Source of the DNA: Thelocarpon superellum
Taxonomy: Eukaryota
Direction of reading: 5' to 3'
NCBI GenBank assembly: GCA_026025795.1
Contig: JAPEUG010000133.1
Coordinates: 1 to 38,608 of the forward strand
Length of the DNA stretch: 38,608 nt
Under the pieces are notes generated by a model. The model did not search any database. It worked only from the letters and a program-made list of their open reading frames with translations, and had not been told where the DNA came from. Shown piece after piece: positions 33,243 to 38,608 of this stretch. A program made the translations under genes and the position numbers. Numbering within the stretch: the first letter of the stretch is position 1; every line of letters starts with the position of its first letter.

Positions 33243-33763
33243 CTATTCCCAGTTGCGCGCCTGGGTTGCGGCATCGGCGTCCCGGAACCGTCGCTCCTCT
33301 TTGCTGGCCTGCCCCAGCGTGTCCGTTCTCTTCTGCTGTTTCTGCGACGCCAGCTGATTGGCCAGCTTACCCTTGGGCTGATTGCCACGGGCGCGCTCCT
33401 AGAGAGAGAGAGAGGTCGTCAACTTCACATGCGGATGATGATGGCCGCAGCCGGCCGGACTCGCCCGCTTCAACACCAGGCGGTGGTAGTCATCGGCGTC
33501 GGCTCCGGCGGAGCGCCCGACGTCAGGGCCGACGGGGCCGTGGAAAGGGGTAGACGACGCACCTCTGCCGCGCGCGCCGCAGCCTCGCGGGCATCTGCAG
33601 CGTTGGATCTGCCGCCCAACGTGCGGCTCCCTCCGTTGATCTGGTTGGATTGCGTGGCGGACGAGGGGACGGGGGAGCGGCCGGAGGCAGGAGCGGGGGC
33701 GGAGTCGAGGGTTCGACCCGGCTGCGCAAACGGATCGGATTCTTTGCCGCAGAGTGCGCCCAT
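33243..33763 (-). CDS. Small SVIP-like protein (MGxxC N-terminus, SHP-like and VIM motifs), 118 aa, 2 exons
   Basis: Exons 33763-33563 and 33398-33243; intron GTGCGT...GTTGAC...(CT)nAG. Protein MGALCGKESDPFAQPGRTLD...RTLGG...AREAAARAAE|ERARGNQPKGKLANQLASQKQQKRTDTL...ARNWE. Confidence 0.82.
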
Positions 33764-34523
33764 CGTGGCAGCTGGAGTGTAGTCTGATTGAGGCGCTATC
33801 GCGGCGTTGACATGAATGAGGTCGACGTTCGCTGGAGGCTCACCGCGGCCTCAGCCGGGGCGCTGCCCGGGAAGATATTACCTGTTGCGTCCAACGTACA
33901 CGCGGCCAGACGGTTAGTCCACTCCGTCCAGCGAAATGGACTCGAACGTCCTCTCCTCCGGCGCATTGATGTCGAACTACGTGTACTCTCCCGCCTTGGG
34001 ACCGTACTGACATACGCTGACGTCCGTTGGGACAAGATCTACTCGTAAATGTCCCCATCCATCAGCGCGTGGTGTGCATTTGTCTTGTCGGACTCCCGGC
34101 ACATCCGGCGTTCACAGCACGGCCGGCGTGGATCATGGCTATCGCCCGCCGTAATAGGCCGCTCACCGTGGGGTTGTGCTTCCCCTTGTACGCGGGGTGG
34201 GGCGAGGGTTGACGTATTTGCGCTTACCTCAGCGTGGTGGGATGCTGTCGGTTACGTGGCGGCGGGTGGGAAGAGCCAGGCCGTTGACGTCCTTGAGTCC
34301 CTTGTTGGGTCGTTTTCCCCCCACTAACGCACGGGAGTGCCCGTCAGCCATCGCTCATGGCGAGGGCTCAACACGAGAAGAGAGTGAGGGCAAGTGCGGC
34401 CGTGCATCACTCGAATCCTCCGTATGGCCTGCCCGTTCCCGACTTCCGACTTGCACCCTTAGAAAAACGTCGCCGACATGTTAGCCCACGCCGGCGGTGC
34501 CGCTGCCTCGTGAAATACCGAGG

Positions 34524-37319
34524 ATGAACGCCGACCACGACCACGAGGTCGGGGCCTCATGGGTCCCAGAAGGTAGACTTCTTCCTCTTTTATGCTGCCG
34601 CTGCTTCATGTTTCCTGCCTCCTACCTCTGATGATGACCACGATGCTGACCTGGTTGGCCCCCGCTGCAGAGGTCGCCATGGAAGGGAGGAATCGCGATC
34701 GGACTGTCGATCCGCCGCATGTGCCTCAGGTTCCGCCGTTCCCCTCGTCCTCGCAGCTGATCTCGCAAGCCCCCTCCTCCTACCTGGCTTCTCACGTGTC
34801 CTCCTCCTTCCCGGCCTCGCAAGTCATCCCACCGTACCTCGCCCCACAAGCCCTCCCTTCGAACCGGGTCACTCCCGACAGTGACTCGCTCTCCATCTGC
34901 TCGGCCCAATGCGCTGCTCGGCCCTGTGTCGTGTGCTGCGACCCCAATGGCTGCGCCGCCAACTGCACGCAGGCGTGTCAAGGCTTCGTCGACTGCGACG
35001 ACGCCGAGCCGTGCACCGTACCCGACTGCGCGGATGAGGCATGCCGTGATACTTCCCCCCCTTGCTATAATGCCGAATGTTTTTCCTTACCCATCTTCGA
35101 CGAGGGAGAGACGGCCACGTTGAGGGAACTCACGTCATCCTTGCTCCCGACTGCGGCCTCTTCGGCGGTAGAGATCACTCCGTCGACTGTGCCGAATATT
35201 CTGGATTTCTTCAATGAGGCGAGGCCATCCCGCGGCCTCCACCAGCCTCACGTGCCAGAAAGGAACTCCTTTAGACATCGTGGGCCCCCCGTGCGCTTCG
35301 CCGGACGGTTATCTCCCGGGACTAGGATCCCAGCAGAGGATACCCTAGATCCCTTCCCGCGCGCCAAACGCCCGAGGCTCTCTCACGACGTCCATCCCCA
35401 GGGGGAGATGATCGGGCCGTGGTCCAACGCAGATGCCCAGACCAGCGATCTCTTTACGTGTCACTGGGGAGATGACTGTCAGGCACAATACGACGACTTG
35501 GACGTGTTGAGCCAGCATATACTTGACAGTCACGTTGATCCCATGCACCCCCTGCCATGCCAGTGGAACAACTGCGCCGAGTCCTTCCATCCCACCGCGC
35601 TCATCAGTCACCTGCAGGAAGCACACGCGCCAGACGAGAGTTTTCCCGGGGGCGCAGGGCTGGCAAATCATGCCTGCCTCTGGGAGGGATGTGGTGCCTA
35701 CTTCACGACGGTCAATGCCCTGGCGCGCCATATTGAGAGGGTACACGGCTCGAATCAGCCCGTCTACTGCCAGTGGGAGCACTGCGGCACTCCTGCCGAT
35801 GATCCTTCCGAACTCACGAAGCACCTCCGGGCCGACCACTTTGCCGACCCCTTCCTCTGGGAGAAGGTGCAATCCTCTGACCCGTCCGTGTTATCCTTGG
35901 AACCGCCTAGCCGGTCGGTCTCCGTCATCGGGATGACGACCATACCTCCGACCCCGTCCTCGACTATGCCACCGCCCGCAAACATGGTCCGGCCCCAAGC
36001 CGAGCCCTCGCTCGTATGTCAATGGACCGACGGGGTAGATGGACGTGAGGAAGCCTTGTGCGCTCAGACCTTTCCCGGTCCTGGCGCATTGCAAGAACAC
36101 ATCAAAACGGCGCACGTGGCCAAGTTGCACAAGAAGGACGGATACTTCTGCCAGTGGAATGATTGCGAGCGGCGCGGTATCAAGTCTTTCTCGCAACGCG
36201 GAAAGCTGGACCGACACATGCAGACGCACACGAAACGTGGGTTCGGATGGTACGATGGTGAGGAGATGCTGACTCTTGGCCGGCAGACAAATCATGCCGT
36301 TGCGAAACCTGCGGCGAATACTTCTCGGCGCCACAGGCCCTCGACCAACACGAACGGAGGCATACCGGCGAGCGGCCATATAGTTGTGATGTGTGCGGCA
36401 AGCGCTTTGCGCAAGGAAGCGCCTGCAGTAAGGGTGCCGCCGAGGGAGCGGGATGGAAAGGGGTGATGAACTGGACTGATGATCCATAGCGATGCATCGA
36501 CGAATTCATACGAAAGAGCGCCCGCTGAAGTGCACCTTTCCCGGCTGCGACAAGACTTTCAGCGAGGTGAGTACAAGTCACGAGGAGTTACGGAGCTTGC
36601 TGACGGGGACTCAGTCGTCGAACCTATCGAAGCACAAGAAAAGTGAGCCTATTCGATGCGAGCAGAGTGCGCGAAGCTGACGAGATGAACAGCGCACAAG
36701 GAGGAGGGAGAGCACAGATGCCGATTCCAAGGTTGCGACAAGTCGTTCCATCGACTAGGCAAGCGTTTCTGGCATCAACCGGGTATTGGACGGGTGCTAA
36801 CAGAGCATCACAGATCAACTGAAACGGCATCAGAAGATGCATGATCGACAGTGTGCGGAACACTCGGCGCTCGCCGCGGCCTCGCCGATCTCGGTGGCTT
36901 CAGTGAACACGGCCGCCATGGGACTTGGGGACTCGCCGTCGACGGACACAGCGATGGGGGATCTGACGACGGCGATTGCGGGGACGTCTGGAAACATGCC
37001 AAATGCCGGAGAATTGGCGAACTTGGTGATGGCGGCGAACATGGCGGCATCGGCGGGCGCGTTTGACCCGCGTTCCGACATCAACGCCTTCATGGAAGCC
37101 TTTCAAATCGAGGACATTTTCTCCATGCCTGGATTTGGACCCACCAACCATTCCATCCCCTTCAACCGCTCCACCCATTCCAACCCGTCCCATTCATCAT
37201 CTTCGTTCTTCACGCCCAACACCGCCGACAATACTTCGCCCTTCACCTCACTCCCAACCTCGACCCGAGTGTCCACTTCGGGCCCGGACTTTGGCGGCAT
37301 CTTCTTTGGGACGACGTAG
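34524..37319 (+). CDS. ZAP1: Zap1/ZafA-like zinc-responsive C2H2 transcription factor, about 810 aa, 7 exons, 10 zinc fingers
   Basis: Exons 34524-34572, 34671-36236, 36287-36427, 36490-36566, 36615-36642, 36693-36758, 36814-37319 (sum 2433 nt). Cys-rich N-terminal region, six CxW-type fingers, then FSQRGKLDRHMQTH, SAPQALDQHERRHTGERPY, ESSNLSKH and FHRLDQLKRH, which resemble filamentous-fungal Zap1. The first exon and the orthology are less certain. Confidence 0.8.
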
Positions 37320-37395
37320 ACTCTTTCGAAACTCTCTCCCAAGACCTTCTTTCATGCTCTGGGGCTCTTGGTCTTTCATATGGCCGACATTCCTA

Positions 37396-37499
37396 TCGCC
37401 TCTTCTTTCTCTTCTTCCTGTCTCTTCTTTCTCTTCTTTCTGTTTTTCTCTCTTTTCTTCCTGTCTCTTCTTTCCTTTTCTTCTCTGTTTGCTTGCTGT
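37396..37499 (+). repeat. A-free, pyrimidine-rich low-complexity tract downstream of the Zap1-like stop
   Basis: About 100 nt without A; TCTTCCTGTCTCTTCTTT occurs twice. Confidence 0.8.
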
Positions 37500-37757
37500 A
37501 ATGGAGAACCGATGAAAGACTGATCAAAAGGGGGAACGACGTGCACTAGTGCCAATGAAAGACAAATCCCTTAACTCAAGGTACACGAACGCAGTCATAC
37601 GATTGAATCCGACAACATTATCGCATTGCTCATTTCAGATCCGATCCGGACGTGGGAGTCACTCTTAGGAGGGTTTCCCCACGCAATGGCTTTCAACTCG
37701 AATCGCAACACAGTGTATCATCCACCATGCACCGTCGTCGTATACCAATTGCCAATC

Positions 37758-37864
37758 GCGAGAACGAGACCAAGAACGAACACGAGACCGATAACCAGAC
37801 CTGTACCAATTCCATACCGAGACCGAGAACGACAACGAAAACGAAAACGAAAACGAAAAACGAT
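37758..37864 (+). repeat. Degenerate hexamer array (ACGAGA/CCGAGA/ACGAAA) ending in (ACGAAA)4
   Basis: 6-bp periodicity read directly. Confidence 0.75.
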
Positions 37865-38226
37865 ACACCAAAGATACCAAAAAGTAACGCCCAATCTCCT
37901 GTCGACCGTTGCTGCGACTGGCGACCACGTATGCGGCGTCTTCGGCCTCTCACACGGTCATCTTTTCTTGAATATCATGCTTTTATTTTCTTGTCTCATT
38001 CTGCGCGGTTTCCTGTAATGGCTTTCTGGTCGCGACTTGGATCGATTCGCACCCCGTGTTGTCTTTCTTGTCTTTTCGTTACGTACTCTTGTTTTCCTTT
38101 GATTGTGTGAAGGTCGGGTTATAAAAGGTCGGAATTGCAGTTGTGAACTAGGTCAGACTTCCATTCCTTTATCAAGGGTGGAGATCTACTACGTAAAATT
38201 TAATGTTTGATGTTTAATTAAAAATG

Positions 38227-38608
38227 TCACGACGAAGCGTACAGCCAGGCGGAATCAAGAGACGTCGTCGATTGGCCAGAACGAAAATGTGCATTAGGAT
38301 CCAAGGACCTATTTATACCTCCGTCGTAGTACTCGAGTTGAACGCCGGAGCTCTGCTGGCTGCCCGCATGGCTTGTTGTATACGGTACGAGAGATTGACG
38401 TGATACTCCACGTGACTGTCCATAGACATCAGGAAGGTGGTTCAAGTGGTTTGAGTGGTGAGAGCGTTGCGTTGCTATAGGCCGTCGGACTTCGCTTTGG
38501 CTGGGCTTTGGCATGGACGGCATGAGATTGGACGACGGAAGGGGGCTGGAAGGAAGGCAAGGCACTGTCCGTTTCTCTATCTCCATCGCATCATTGCGTA
38601 TCTGTTGA
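38227..38608 (-). CDS. Possible 3' end of a gene entering from the right edge (Ser/Pro/Gln-rich, unrecognised)
   Basis: The frame is open from the window edge to a TGA at 38229-38227 and is followed by an AT-rich, polyadenylation-like stretch near 38195-38225. No recognisable motif. Confidence 0.3.
   Translation of the reverse strand, partial: QQIRNDAMEIEKRTVPCLPSSPLPSSNLMPSMPKPSQSEVRRPIATQRSHHSNHLNHLPDVYGQSRGVSRQSLVPYTTSHAGSQQSSGVQLEYYDGGINRSLDPNAHFRSGQSTTSLDSAWLYASS

Noticed and set aside
33764..34523. Zap1 autoregulatory ZRE (ACCTTNAAGGT) in the promoter
   Set aside because: I found no convincing match by eye.
34592..34670. Signal-peptide-like N-terminus (MLPLLHVSCLLPLMM...) on the zinc-finger ORF
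   Set aside because: It lies inside a predicted intron (GTAGAC...GCTGAC...CAG, 34573-34670) that joins an upstream ATG exon in frame. The hydrophobicity reflects the intron's pyrimidine richness.
37626..38110. ORFs with KRKRK or KTKTK runs near the right end
   Set aside because: They are translations of the hexamer repeat array with no other coding evidence.
1..38608. Secondary-metabolite cluster, horizontally acquired island or RIP-mutated repeat
   Set aside because: The recognisable genes are housekeeping or regulatory and nearly all have introns. There is no backbone enzyme and no extended AT-rich, RIP-like block.

Overview
Gene-dense, GC-rich genomic DNA from a filamentous ascomycete (Pezizomycotina, inferred from gene content and short spliceosomal introns). 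I rebuilt 16 protein-coding genes by hand (15 complete, one cut by the left edge), with 41 introns, and checked that the spliced frames close. In order: a conserved fungal protein with a candidate WRKY/AFT-like zinc ribbon, eIF3h, kynurenine formamidase (BNA7-like), a conserved 4-exon membrane protein, NPA3/GPN1, CWF19, a Zn2Cys6 factor behind a 3.9 kb gene-free region, ACL4, GIR2, MON2, MMS2, an LYR-motif protein, a mitochondrial HMG-box protein, PRP5, a small SVIP-like protein, and a 10-finger Zap1-like regulator. A 17th gene fragment may lie at the right edge. I found no tRNA, rRNA, transposon or CRISPR. The most notable signals: (1) relaxed splice sites, with 3 of 41 introns best explained as GC-AG, one GAG and three AAG acceptors, and many weak GT donors; (2) a small, probably acylated protein carrying VIM and SHP-like Cdc48/p97-binding motifs; (3) an ATG-depleted leader of about 1.1 kb with one overlapping uORF, plus a 375-nt intron splitting the zinc cluster of the Zn2Cys6 gene; (4) a Zap1-like protein with three tandem CWCH2 finger pairs and a 14-Cys acidic domain. 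All gene identities come from motif recognition; no database search was run. I see no clear evidence of a wholly new multi-gene system.
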